64,000 bases of DNA from Bacteroidota bacterium (GTDB lineage Bacteria > Bacteroidota > Bacteroidia > Bacteroidales > B18-G4). Of the stretch, positions 50,801-59,030 are shown piece by piece. Each line of letters starts with the position of its first letter. The first letter of the stretch is position 1. The translations under genes and the position numbers were made by a program. The notes below the pieces were generated by a model that was not told the origin of the DNA, searched no databases, and worked only from the letters and a program-made list of their open reading frames with translations. The DNA lies in assembly GCA_013202965.1 (NCBI GenBank), contig JABMQZ010000106.1:3315-67314 (forward strand). The letters are read 5' to 3'.

Positions 50801-51349
50801 GCATCCGACTATAATGTCAATCTGGATAAGATCAAAAAGGAAAGTATTCTGATGTATTCCGAAAAAGGGATGGGCAATGGTATCATTGAGGATATCGAAG
50901 ATGTGATTTATGTTGATCAGTCGACTTTCGATAAAGCGGATACTGTCGAAATTGCGGAGGAAGTGAACAAACTGAATACCTTGATGGTTGCTGATAAGCG
51001 GAAATATATTCTGATTGGGCCGGGCCGTTGGGGAACACGTGACCGCTGGATCGGGATACCTGTCAACTGGCCTCAGATCTCAAATGCAGGCATCATCATT
51101 GAAACAAGTCTTGAAGATTTTCCATTGGATGCTTCTTCAGGATCACACTTTTTTCACAATGTCACCTCCATGAACGTCGGATATTTCTCTGTTCAGCCTG
51201 AGTTCGCGAACAGCTACATCAGGTATGATATTCTTGCCGGGCAGAAACTGATCAGTGAAATGAAATACGTGAAGCATATTCGTTTCAAAAAGCCATTGAA
51301 AGTCAGGATGGATGGAAAAAAACGGATTTCAGTGATCACCCTTGAATGA
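47891..51349 (+). CDS. Multidomain protein: N-terminal sensor-like domain + two receiver-like domains + PEP/pyruvate-binding (PPDK_N ATP-grasp) domain + conserved C-terminal domain
   Basis: Sensor-like part: LKELAAINQ...ILPPAWQYPEYTVARIVFG...IEIFY...DEGPFMAEERQLINNL. REC-like parts: KEILLVANLYD... and RVILLVEDSPKY... ATP-grasp signature: GSLGGKGRGIAFIN...IRSSGLFED. No phosphohistidine TSHAA-type motif was seen. Confidence 0.65.
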   Translation: MEKRDRPNKDLKRLQAEAGERLKELAAINQTTQLLSEGKTVEETLARIVDILPPAWQYPEYTVARIVFGKLIFTSANFMPTNWKQQQAFETIDGIKGSIEIFYIREFPDLDEGPFMAEERQLINNLSGLITGYLNSLKGRTLLKEEKDIPGKKSPDILPDKPQVYSRQLLQKFLNKNNYDRDIYHDLMPFKVKEILLVANLYDAYSIEKEGRFSEHVLGEYHQLSLTSIPRITGVSNEQEAMEQLRSKHFDLVILMMGADKKSPIGLSCRIKKEYSYIPVFLLLNNNSDIEYISRRKASTKHIDKVFVWNGESKVFFAMIKHVEDSINVENDTNIGMVRVILLVEDSPKYYSRYLPMLYNIVLEQTRHIIDDVSTDELYKVLKLRARPKILLASNYEEAVDIIDKYKDYLLCLITDVKFERNGKEEPQAGLDLVKYLRENTRHLPIIIQSSEEANADKAYKLKSTFINKNSESLSQDFKSFITHYLGFGNFIYRNDKGQVIAVAKSLKEFERLLKTIPDESLIHHARKDQFSLWLMARGEIQAAKILSPHKVTDFGSPQKIREYLLEIISKFRNEQERGKIVPFEKSAITDDSNIVALMEGSLGGKGRGIAFINTLIYNYDFSQQLPGIHIKAPKTVLIGTEEFEYFMERNGLTELILNEKDYSKIKKAFLKSRLTETMIKRLKMVLVDFKKPIAIRSSGLFEDSLMQPFAGIFETFLLPNSHPDPKVRLQQAMDAIKMVYASVYSEMARGYVEAVHYKIEEEKMAVVIQEVVGNQYDHYFYPHISGAAQSFNYYPVSHMKPEEGFVVAAVGLGKYVVEGEKAFRFSPKYPEIEINSPKDQYKNSQLQFFAVDLEKKEPNLLEGDIAGLARLDIDEAEKQGTLKHCASVYNPDNDQILPGLTHPGPRIVNFANILKYKYIPLAQTIEVVLDVVKEALGSPVEIEFAVDLNKDKNGLASFYLLQIKPLLGSASDYNVNLDKIKKESILMYSEKGMGNGIIEDIEDVIYVDQSTFDKADTVEIAEEVNKLNTLMVADKRKYILIGPGRWGTRDRWIGIPVNWPQISNAGIIIETSLEDFPLDASSGSHFFHNVTSMNVGYFSVQPEFANSYIRYDILAGQKLISEMKYVKHIRFKKPLKVRMDGKKRISVITLE

Positions 51350-51382
51350 ATCAGTGACAATGGCTGAAAGGGAAGGATATAC

Positions 51383-51431
51383 AGATGCTGGATGCTGGAT
51401 ACGGGATACTGGATGCTGGATACTGGACAGC
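51383..51431. repeat. Tandem heptamer array (AGATGCT GGATGCT GGATACG GGATACT GGATGCT GGATACT GGACAGC)
   Basis: Read directly, 33 nt after the stop at 51349. Confidence 0.9.
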
Positions 51432-51703
51432 TCGCGGAGGGGAGATTCATCAGAAGGCTTATTTAAATTTACTCTAAATTGCTTTATTGTATAATTGATA
51501 ATTGTTTGGATTTCAAAACCTAAGAAAAATGCATCTGATGAAGGGCAGCTTAAGGTGCTGAGACTCCGCGGAACTTAATAGGCTCCTACACTTAATTTTT
51601 ATATAATTGTGTGTGAATAGCGGGACAGAAAAAAAATAATTTAATGTTATTGCCCGCTCATAAAGTTGAGAAATAGTAATTTGATAAACTAAAGGAAAAA
51701 AAG

Positions 51704-52564
51704 ATGTATGAACTGATCTCTCTCAAGCTGAAATGCCCTGTTTGCGGGGAGTCGCTGATGGATGACAGCCACCTTGTCGACAATGAAACCAGTATTATGC
51801 TGAATGTGGAAATGGCTGGAAAGAAAGGCGAGATCCGGCTGAGCTCAATATATGGCAGCTATAACTATGTTACGGATGTAGAGATGCCTAAGGGAGAAGT
51901 TGCTAAATTCAGTTGCCCTCACTGTAAAACACAAATTACCTCGGACTCAGAATGCCTTTCCTGTGGTGCCAACATGGTACCCTTTTACCTTGACATGGGA
52001 GGGAAGGTCACGATTTGCTCAAGAAGTGGCTGTAAAAATCATATCGTCGAGTTTGAAGACCTCTCGATTGCATTGAAAAAACTCTACCAGGAATACGGGC
52101 TGGCCGGCAAGGATGACTTCAAGCCTGAGCGTAAAATCACTCCGGTTGAGCAAGCGGTTGATGAAAATAAGGAAATCATCGAATCAGGAACATTTCTGAA
52201 TGCCTATTGCCCGCATTGCGATAAGAGCCTCCTGGAAGATGGCATGCTCAAACTGAAAATCCACAATGGTGAAGAAGGCTTCCTGATGCTCAGCCCATAT
52301 CTGAACGTATTTACCTCCAAGTCGACTATTTTTCTTGCCGAAGAAAAAACTGTTAAGGATATACGTTGCTGCCATTGTAACCAAAGCCTGATCTCTGCAG
52401 ATAAAACATGTGAAAAATGCGACTCTTCAGTGGCAAAGATCGCTATTGGAGCCAGAACAAAACTGATCGATTTCTATATCTGTACAAAGAAAGGTTGCCG
52501 CTGGCATGGCCTCAGTTCGGATGACTTGATTGATATCCGCCTGCAGGACAGCCTTGAGTGGTAA
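51704..52564 (+). CDS. Cys-rich protein made of two copies of an 8-Cys/1-His CxxC module (paralogue 1), function unknown
   Basis: Module 1: C11xxC14...C71xxC74-x9-C84xxC87-x17-C105x4C110xxH113. Module 2: C169xxC172...C222xxC225-x10-C236xxC239-x20-C260x4C265xxH268. Paralogues lie at 59776 and at the N-terminus of the 61501 ORF. Confidence 0.8.
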   Translation: MYELISLKLKCPVCGESLMDDSHLVDNETSIMLNVEMAGKKGEIRLSSIYGSYNYVTDVEMPKGEVAKFSCPHCKTQITSDSECLSCGANMVPFYLDMGGKVTICSRSGCKNHIVEFEDLSIALKKLYQEYGLAGKDDFKPERKITPVEQAVDENKEIIESGTFLNAYCPHCDKSLLEDGMLKLKIHNGEEGFLMLSPYLNVFTSKSTIFLAEEKTVKDIRCCHCNQSLISADKTCEKCDSSVAKIAIGARTKLIDFYICTKKGCRWHGLSSDDLIDIRLQDSLEW

Positions 52565-52567
52565 GTT

Positions 52568-53962
52568 CTACCATTCACCACTTGTAAGATATTCATGAAT
52601 TCCTTTTGCTGCGGTTTTACCAGCACCCATTGCTAATATTACAGTTGCTGCGCCGGTTGCAACATCACCCCCGGCAAAAACACCTCTTTTTGTAGTTTTA
52701 CCTGTTTGCAGATCGGTAACAATGGTTTCTTTTCTTGTGATTTCCAGGTCTGGTGTAGTAGCCGGAATTAATGGATTGGGGCTGTTACCGATAGCAATAA
52801 TTACAATATCTACAGGTATTTTAATATTTGAGCCATCAATAGGAACAGGCCTTCTTCTGCCCGAATCATCCGGTTCGCCAAGTTCCATCCTGATACATTC
52901 AGCTTCTTTTACCCATCCGTTTTCGCCATGAAAAGCAATCGGGTTGGTTAATAGCTGAAAATTAACACCTTCTTCTTCGGCATGGTGAATTTCCTCATTC
53001 CTGGCAGGCATCTGCTCTTTTGCACGGCGATAAATCAATATGGATTCTTCCGCACCAAGACGTAGGGCAGTCCTCGCACAATCCATGGCTACATTGCCTC
53101 CGCCAACTGTGGCAACTCTTTTCCCTTTTGCAATGGGGGTTTTGTATTTCGGGAATAAATAAGCTTTCATCAAATTTGCCCTGGTAAGGTATTCATTGGC
53201 AGAATAAAGTCTGTTTAGGTTCTCACCCGGAATTCCCATAAACCAGGGTAAACCGGCACCTGTGCCAAGAAAAATTGCATCGTATTCCTCCAGTAATTCA
53301 TCAAGGCTTTTGATCATGCCGATCACTGTATCCGTATGTAATCTAACCCCCATTTTAGAAAGAAAGTCGATCTCTTTGAATACAATTGCTTTGGGAAGTC
53401 TGAATTCGGGTATTCCATACACCAGCACACCACCCGGCTCATGCAGGGCCTCAAAAATTTCAACCGTGTGCCCAAATCTAACCAGGTCTGCTGCTGCAGT
53501 GATACCAGCAGGACCGGCACCAACAACAGCCACTTTCTTTCCTGTGGATTTTGGCAGTACCGGTATTTCTATTTCAATATTTTCTCTTTCCCAATCTGCC
53601 AGGAAACGTTCTAACCTGCCAATAGCAACAGGCTCATATTTCTTCCCCAGGATGCATTCTCTTTCACACTGTTCTTCCTGAGGGCAAACCCGCCCACAGA
53701 TAGCCGGTAAGATATTTTTCTCCTTTAACCTGACAATCCCCTCTTTGAATTTTTTTTCAGCTATAAAACCTATAAAACCTGGAATATCTATTTCTACCGG
53801 ACAACCATCGACACATAATGGCTTTTTGCACTGAAGACAACGATGTGCTTCTGCTATGGCTTCTTCAGGGGAATAACCATAAGGAACCTCATTGAAGTTT
53901 TTAATCCGTTCTTCCGGTGGTTGCTCACGCATGGGATTTTTATTTGGAATAATCTTACCCAT
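52568..53962 (-). CDS. GltD/NfnB/SudA-like NAD(P)H oxidoreductase subunit (2x[4Fe-4S] + FAD + NAD(P)H)
   Basis: RCLQCKKPLCVDGCPVEIDIPGFI, CGRVCPQEEQCE, VAVVGAGPAGITAA and VFAGGDVATGAATVILAMGAGK. Confidence 0.85.
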   Translation of the reverse strand: MGKIIPNKNPMREQPPEERIKNFNEVPYGYSPEEAIAEAHRCLQCKKPLCVDGCPVEIDIPGFIGFIAEKKFKEGIVRLKEKNILPAICGRVCPQEEQCERECILGKKYEPVAIGRLERFLADWERENIEIEIPVLPKSTGKKVAVVGAGPAGITAAADLVRFGHTVEIFEALHEPGGVLVYGIPEFRLPKAIVFKEIDFLSKMGVRLHTDTVIGMIKSLDELLEEYDAIFLGTGAGLPWFMGIPGENLNRLYSANEYLTRANLMKAYLFPKYKTPIAKGKRVATVGGGNVAMDCARTALRLGAEESILIYRRAKEQMPARNEEIHHAEEEGVNFQLLTNPIAFHGENGWVKEAECIRMELGEPDDSGRRRPVPIDGSNIKIPVDIVIIAIGNSPNPLIPATTPDLEITRKETIVTDLQTGKTTKRGVFAGGDVATGAATVILAMGAGKTAAKGIHEYLTSGEW

Positions 53963-53963
53963 A

Positions 53964-54779
53964 TCACAACCTTTCTTTTGATATTATTTCTTCTTCAATG
54001 TATGCTTTCCTTCGGTCAAGAACGATATCCCAGTTTATCTTGTGACCATCGAAATGAGGGCCGTCAACACAGGCAAATTTTGTTTCTCCACCTACCTCAA
54101 GCCTGCAGGCACCACACATACCGGTTCCATCTATCATAACAGGATTCATGCTAACAATGGTATTAATACCATAAGGCTTGGTAGTATGGGCTATCTTGTA
54201 CATCATATAAGTACAGCCAACTGCAAAAACCATATCATAATATTCTCCCGATTCCAGGTTCTCTTTTAGCAGGTCATGTGAATGACCTTTTGAGCCGAGA
54301 GATCCGTCAGTTGTACTGTAACGAACTTCATCAGCCACAGATTCAAGTTTTTCATTCCAGTATAGAAGAAACCGGCTTCTGGCCTCCGAATAGCAAACAA
54401 CCTTGTTACCACATTCTTTCAAAGCTTTAGCCAAAGGATATATCGCACCGATTCCATAACAACCTCCAACTAAACCGACAGTTCCGTATTTTTTTATTTC
54501 AAAAGATCTTCCAAGCGGGCCGGTGAATGAAAAAATCTCATCACCGGTATTTAATGCAGCCAGGCTTTGGGTTCCTGCACCAATCTCAAGAAAAAGGATG
54601 CTGATTGTTCCTTGTTCATTATCCCAATCAGCAATGGTAATAGGGATGCGTTCAGCATATTTGTCCGGAATAACAATAACAAATTGACCCGCCCTGGCCT
54701 TCTTTGCAATATCCGGTGCCGCAACAATAAACTCATGGATATTTGGGACAATATGCTCTTTATGTAAAATCTTAACCAT
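53964..54779 (-). CDS. NfnA/SudB/PyrK-like FAD/NAD-binding subunit with C-terminal [2Fe-2S]
   Basis: GQFVIV...RIPITIAD, GPLG, LVGGCYGIGAIYP and GTGMCGACRLEVGGETKFACVDGP. Confidence 0.85.
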   Translation of the reverse strand: MVKILHKEHIVPNIHEFIVAAPDIAKKARAGQFVIVIPDKYAERIPITIADWDNEQGTISILFLEIGAGTQSLAALNTGDEIFSFTGPLGRSFEIKKYGTVGLVGGCYGIGAIYPLAKALKECGNKVVCYSEARSRFLLYWNEKLESVADEVRYSTTDGSLGSKGHSHDLLKENLESGEYYDMVFAVGCTYMMYKIAHTTKPYGINTIVSMNPVMIDGTGMCGACRLEVGGETKFACVDGPHFDGHKINWDIVLDRRKAYIEEEIISKERL

Positions 54780-57129
54780 GTTTCCCTCCTTTTTTATCGA
54801 TAAGCTGTTTCATGTCAGGGATTAGTTTTGACATGGAATTCCCCTGATAGAGAAAATAATCTGGTTCGGGAATCATTTCTATTTTACGCTTCTTCAATGG
54901 AATTTTAATATCAGGCATGGATAACACAAATTTTGATGTTTTCCTGCTGGTTTTATCAATTGACAAATCGAGCTTAGCCGTAATTTCCTCATATATTTCA
55001 TTCGTTTTTCTATACTGAAAGCTTTTATTTTTGAGTTTTCGACTTATATTAGAAAGTATTTGCCATGTTGGCTTTATGAATTCAGGTGCATGAACAGCCG
55101 GATTTATCTGTTTTAAATTTCTTTCAATATTAATAATATGACCATTTGATTCAGTAAAACAATATGCAGGTAATAAGATATCAGCATATTTGGATGTTTC
55201 GGTTATGAACATATTCTGCTGAACAAAAAATTCAAGTTCATTCAATTTTTCATGATCCGGCAGATCACCTTTGAGGAATAATGATTTAAAATTATTCCCC
55301 GGAAGATTACTTATCATTTCATCAGTTGATAATCCTGATACAGGTGAAATATCTATACCCCAAGCCTCTGACCATTTTTTTTCCCCATTTCTGACTTCCA
55401 GAAATCCGGGTAAATATTCCGGGTGCATACCGGTGTAAGTGGCTCCAAAACGATTTCCGTCGTCAACCAAAAACATCATCCCGCAATCAGCGAATTTATT
55501 TAAGGCAAAATGGATATTTGAAAGTAAATTAAAATTATCATTACTTGATGACGATTTAAACAAGGTATCACCTGCAATTATCAGTATTTTTTTTGCTGGT
55601 GCAAGCGATTCGATGATTTTCCTGATCTGTGCCTGTTTGATGCCTGTTGCCGTGGATGCATGTTTTTTATCAATAAGCTTTAAAGCATCGGATATGTCTT
55701 TAGGGAATTTAATGTTTTGCGCGGTCTTGAGGTCTTTTAGTATCTGAAGAAGAAAAATATTTTCTGAGCCCGGATGATATATTATCCGTTCATTCGAAAA
55801 CTGGTATGTTCTGTTTAAATGGGAATGAGCCGTAATAATTTTAGCATCATGATGATATGCTTTCCTGACCCTGTTTTCTATTATGGGATGTGATACCGAA
55901 GCGTTTGATCCAATTATAAAAATAGCGTCAAATCCAATAATTTCATCAATTCCGACAGGCTGAAACCCATGTACTTTTTTAAACAGAGATCGGTCATTGT
56001 AAGTGGGGGAAAGGTCTATATTGTTAGATCCCATAACTACTCTGCAAAATTTTTGCAATGCATAGGAGTTTTCAATCGTATCGTGGGCAGAACCGATTAT
56101 TCCAAAATCATTTCCACTGAATTCTTTAAAATGTTTTGTTATAATATCGATGGCCTGATCCCAGGTTATTTCAAGCCAGGCGCCATTTTTATTGATAAGG
56201 GGTTTTATGATTCGTTCCGGGTGATGTGTAATATCTGCCGGTATAAATTTCCCGCGGATGCATAATTGATCCGGTTCGGTCCTTTTTCCCGGCCTGGGAC
56301 CGATGTTAACAATCCGGTTGCCTTTTGTGTTGATGTTCATCCTGCAACCTACAGAACAAAGTATACATGTAGATGTTGTTGAATCGGTCGGGACACCTAC
56401 CCAACTGCCCATTTTTTCAGAAAGGGAACCAGTAGGGCATACATCTACACATGCACCACAATATTCACAACCTGCTTCTATTTGGGATTCACCAAAAGCA
56501 GTGCCAACCAGGGTAGAATTACCACGCTGCACAAAAGCCAGAACCCCGCTATATCTTTCTTCATTACATATTCTAACACATCTGCCGCAAAGGATACATA
56601 AATTATAATCCAAATCGTAAAAGGGATTATTCTTGATGGCTTGAACATTTCGATAGGTTATGGGGAACCTGATATCTTTTAGGTCAAGATATTCAACCAG
56701 GTCCTGTAGCTCACAACCTCCATTGCTTGTGCAGAAGTTACAACCGGTAGTAACAGTAACCTTTCTTGTGGTATACATGAAATCCTGACATTCCTTTTTA
56801 TCGTTGCATATCAGGCATGAATATGGATGTTCCGAAAGAATGAGCTCAAGAATTTCACGTCTGATGGATTGCAACTCAGGAGATTTAGTGCTTATTTCCA
56901 TCTCATTGGTGACCGGAGTTGTACATGCGGTTGGATAACCTATCATGTTTTTTATCTCCACAATACATAAACGGCACCCACCATAGCTTTTCAAACCTTT
57001 AAGATAACAAAGGGTGGGAATATATATCCCTGCGGACGTAGCCGCATCCAGTACCGTTGAACCTTCAGGAACCTGAATTTGTTTCCCGTCGATTTCAACT
57101 GAAATATATATACCCTTATCTGATTTCAT
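54772..57129 (-). CDS. NuoG-like Fe-S subunit with a molybdopterin-oxidoreductase-fold domain that looks catalytically degenerate
   Basis: N-terminal 2Fe-2S ferredoxin fold (TLCYLKGLKSYGGCRLCIVEI), HPYSCLICNDKKECQ, CILCGRCVRIC, CEYCGACVDVCPTG and Molybdop_Fe4S4 (CILCSVGCRMN...LCIRGKF). No H-cluster motif. No Cys/Sec-His at the FDH active-site position (it reads NNIDLSPTYND). Confidence 0.75.
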   Translation of the reverse strand: MKSDKGIYISVEIDGKQIQVPEGSTVLDAATSAGIYIPTLCYLKGLKSYGGCRLCIVEIKNMIGYPTACTTPVTNEMEISTKSPELQSIRREILELILSEHPYSCLICNDKKECQDFMYTTRKVTVTTGCNFCTSNGGCELQDLVEYLDLKDIRFPITYRNVQAIKNNPFYDLDYNLCILCGRCVRICNEERYSGVLAFVQRGNSTLVGTAFGESQIEAGCEYCGACVDVCPTGSLSEKMGSWVGVPTDSTTSTCILCSVGCRMNINTKGNRIVNIGPRPGKRTEPDQLCIRGKFIPADITHHPERIIKPLINKNGAWLEITWDQAIDIITKHFKEFSGNDFGIIGSAHDTIENSYALQKFCRVVMGSNNIDLSPTYNDRSLFKKVHGFQPVGIDEIIGFDAIFIIGSNASVSHPIIENRVRKAYHHDAKIITAHSHLNRTYQFSNERIIYHPGSENIFLLQILKDLKTAQNIKFPKDISDALKLIDKKHASTATGIKQAQIRKIIESLAPAKKILIIAGDTLFKSSSSNDNFNLLSNIHFALNKFADCGMMFLVDDGNRFGATYTGMHPEYLPGFLEVRNGEKKWSEAWGIDISPVSGLSTDEMISNLPGNNFKSLFLKGDLPDHEKLNELEFFVQQNMFITETSKYADILLPAYCFTESNGHIINIERNLKQINPAVHAPEFIKPTWQILSNISRKLKNKSFQYRKTNEIYEEITAKLDLSIDKTSRKTSKFVLSMPDIKIPLKKRKIEMIPEPDYFLYQGNSMSKLIPDMKQLIDKKGGKHG

Positions 57130-57161
57130 GTTATTTATTATGACAGTTTAATCATAGATTA

Positions 57162-59030
57162 TTAAGATACTATTATAATTGCATCGCCGGCGATAGCATC
57201 AAACCTGCAAATTTCATAACAGGCCCTGCATTTAATACACTTTTCAGGATCAAGGTTATGTGGTTCGCTTCTGGGGCCTGTAATAGCACCGGTCGGACAA
57301 ACTTCCACACAGCGCTGACAACCTGTACATTTCTCCTTTATCACCCTGTATTCCACCAGGTCGCGACAAACTGCCGCAACACAACGTTTGTCTTCAATAT
57401 GTTCTTGATATTCACGGTAAAAATATTTAAGTGTTGTGAGAACCGGGTTGGGAGCAGTTTGTCCTAAGCCGCAAAGAGATCCGTTTTTTACGGTTTTTGC
57501 AATATTTTCAAGTGTTGCAAGGTCATCGATGCTTCCAGTGCCTTTTGTGAATTTCTCAAGTATCTCTACCATCCTTTTGGTTCCGATACGGCATGGCGTG
57601 CATTTGCCACAACTTTCTTTACTGGTAAAATTTAAAAAATACTTGGCCACATCCACCATGCATGAATTTTCGTCCATAACGATCAATCCACCTGAACCCA
57701 TAATCGATCCGGCCTCAGAGAGTGATTCATAATCGATAGGCAGATCAATATGTTCTTCGGTCAGGCAACCACCTGAAGGCCCTCCGGTTTGAACAGCCTT
57801 AAAAGGTTTTATTGTCCCCCCTCCAATATCATAAATTATTTCACGCAATGTAATACCGAGAGGAACTTCAATTAATCCTGTACGCCTTACCTTTCCGACA
57901 AGGGCAAATGTTTTAGTTCCTTTGCTGTTTGCGGTTCCATACTGATTGTACCAGTCACCACCATTTCTCAGAATATTTGGGATTGTTCCCAGGGTTTCAA
58001 CATTATTGATTGTTGTTGGATTACCATTCAATCCTGATAAAGTCGGATATGGTGGCCTGCTTCTGGGCATGCCCCTTTCTCCTTCAATAGAGGCGATCAA
58101 TGCAGTTTCTTCACCACAAACAAAAGCACCTGCCCCTTCTTTAAGTTTTATTTCAAGATTGAATCCGCTATCAAGAATATTCCTGCCAAGTAATCCGGCC
58201 TGTTTCATCTGGGCAATAGCAATGTTAAGTCGTTCAATCGCCAGGGGATACTCGGCCCTGATATAAATGTATGCCTGGTTTGCACCTAAAGCATAAGCTG
58301 CAATGATCATGCCCTCAAGCAATGCAAAAGGATCTCCTTCTATAAGGGATCTGTTCATGAAAGCTCCCGGATCACCTTCATCAGCATTGCATATCAGATA
58401 TTTTATCTTTCCTTTAGCTTCCCGGCAGAATTGCCATTTTTTGTATGTTGGGAATCCGGCACCACCTCTTCCTCTTAAGCCGGATATCCTTATTTCTTCA
58501 ATTACTTCTTCCGGTCCTTTTTCAAAGGCATTGATCAGCCCTGAAAAACCATCCCTTGCAATGTAATGCATGATGTTTTCAGGATCAACAATGCCACAAT
58601 TCCGTAGTACAATACGTTTCTGGTATTTCAGCATAGGAAGTTCCCAGAATGATTTTGTGCCATTAATTGTTTCGATTCCATCACCCAGGTGCGCCAAAGG
58701 TTTGAGTTTGGATTCATCACTGAAGGCAAACTCTTTGATGATCTTTTTAGCCCTGTCAGCATCAACATTATTAAAAGTAAAACGCGATGATCCGGGTTTT
58801 TGGACATCGAGCAAAGGTTCAAAATAACACGGTCCGATACACCCCACTTTTATGGTTTGGAACTTATATTTTGAATTATCCTTGATTTTCTGAATGCTTT
58901 TCCAGACATCACCTGCTCCTGATGCCAATCCGCAAGTTCCCATGCCAACATACACTACCGGATCGGAACTATGCTGAAGCATTTCCCATTGTTCTTGTGC
59001 GGTTTTTTGCAGCTGTTCAAAATCATTCAT
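57162..59030 (-). CDS. NuoF/HydB-like NADH-binding flavoprotein with extra Fe-S domains (Bfu-type B subunit)
   Basis: GLRGRGGAGFPTYKKW, NADEGDPGAF and ESCGKCTPCRIGT. The N-terminal thioredoxin-like region has GTCGLASG...GCIGPCY. The C-terminal region has CTGCQRCVEVCPTG and CIKCRACYEIC. Confidence 0.9.
   Translation of the reverse strand: MNDFEQLQKTAQEQWEMLQHSSDPVVYVGMGTCGLASGAGDVWKSIQKIKDNSKYKFQTIKVGCIGPCYFEPLLDVQKPGSSRFTFNNVDADRAKKIIKEFAFSDESKLKPLAHLGDGIETINGTKSFWELPMLKYQKRIVLRNCGIVDPENIMHYIARDGFSGLINAFEKGPEEVIEEIRISGLRGRGGAGFPTYKKWQFCREAKGKIKYLICNADEGDPGAFMNRSLIEGDPFALLEGMIIAAYALGANQAYIYIRAEYPLAIERLNIAIAQMKQAGLLGRNILDSGFNLEIKLKEGAGAFVCGEETALIASIEGERGMPRSRPPYPTLSGLNGNPTTINNVETLGTIPNILRNGGDWYNQYGTANSKGTKTFALVGKVRRTGLIEVPLGITLREIIYDIGGGTIKPFKAVQTGGPSGGCLTEEHIDLPIDYESLSEAGSIMGSGGLIVMDENSCMVDVAKYFLNFTSKESCGKCTPCRIGTKRMVEILEKFTKGTGSIDDLATLENIAKTVKNGSLCGLGQTAPNPVLTTLKYFYREYQEHIEDKRCVAAVCRDLVEYRVIKEKCTGCQRCVEVCPTGAITGPRSEPHNLDPEKCIKCRACYEICRFDAIAGDAIIIVS

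Noticed and set aside
47891-51349. Bona fide pyruvate phosphate dikinase or PEP synthase.
   Set aside because: Only the N-terminal ATP-grasp/PEP-binding-type domain is recognisable. I could not find a phosphohistidine motif or a PEP-utiliser C-terminal barrel. More than 550 aa of sensor and REC-like sequence precede that domain.
51432-51703. Possible riboswitch or ncRNA upstream of the first CxxC gene, based on a CTGAGA-containing stretch (GGTGCTGAGACTCCGCGGAAC) and a 7-nt long-range inverted repeat.
   Set aside because: It does not match the remaining conserved parts of the TPP or Moco riboswitch consensus as I remember them. The inverted repeat is too short to be significant. I cannot support any RNA class from sequence alone.
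54772-57129. Formate dehydrogenase alpha subunit or [FeFe]-hydrogenase catalytic subunit.
   Set aside because: No Sec/Cys-His is present at the expected FDH active-site segment, which reads NNIDLSPTYND. There is no in-frame TGA candidate. No H-cluster motifs (TSCCP-like) are present. The protein is shorter than catalytic FdhA, so it is called NuoG-like instead.
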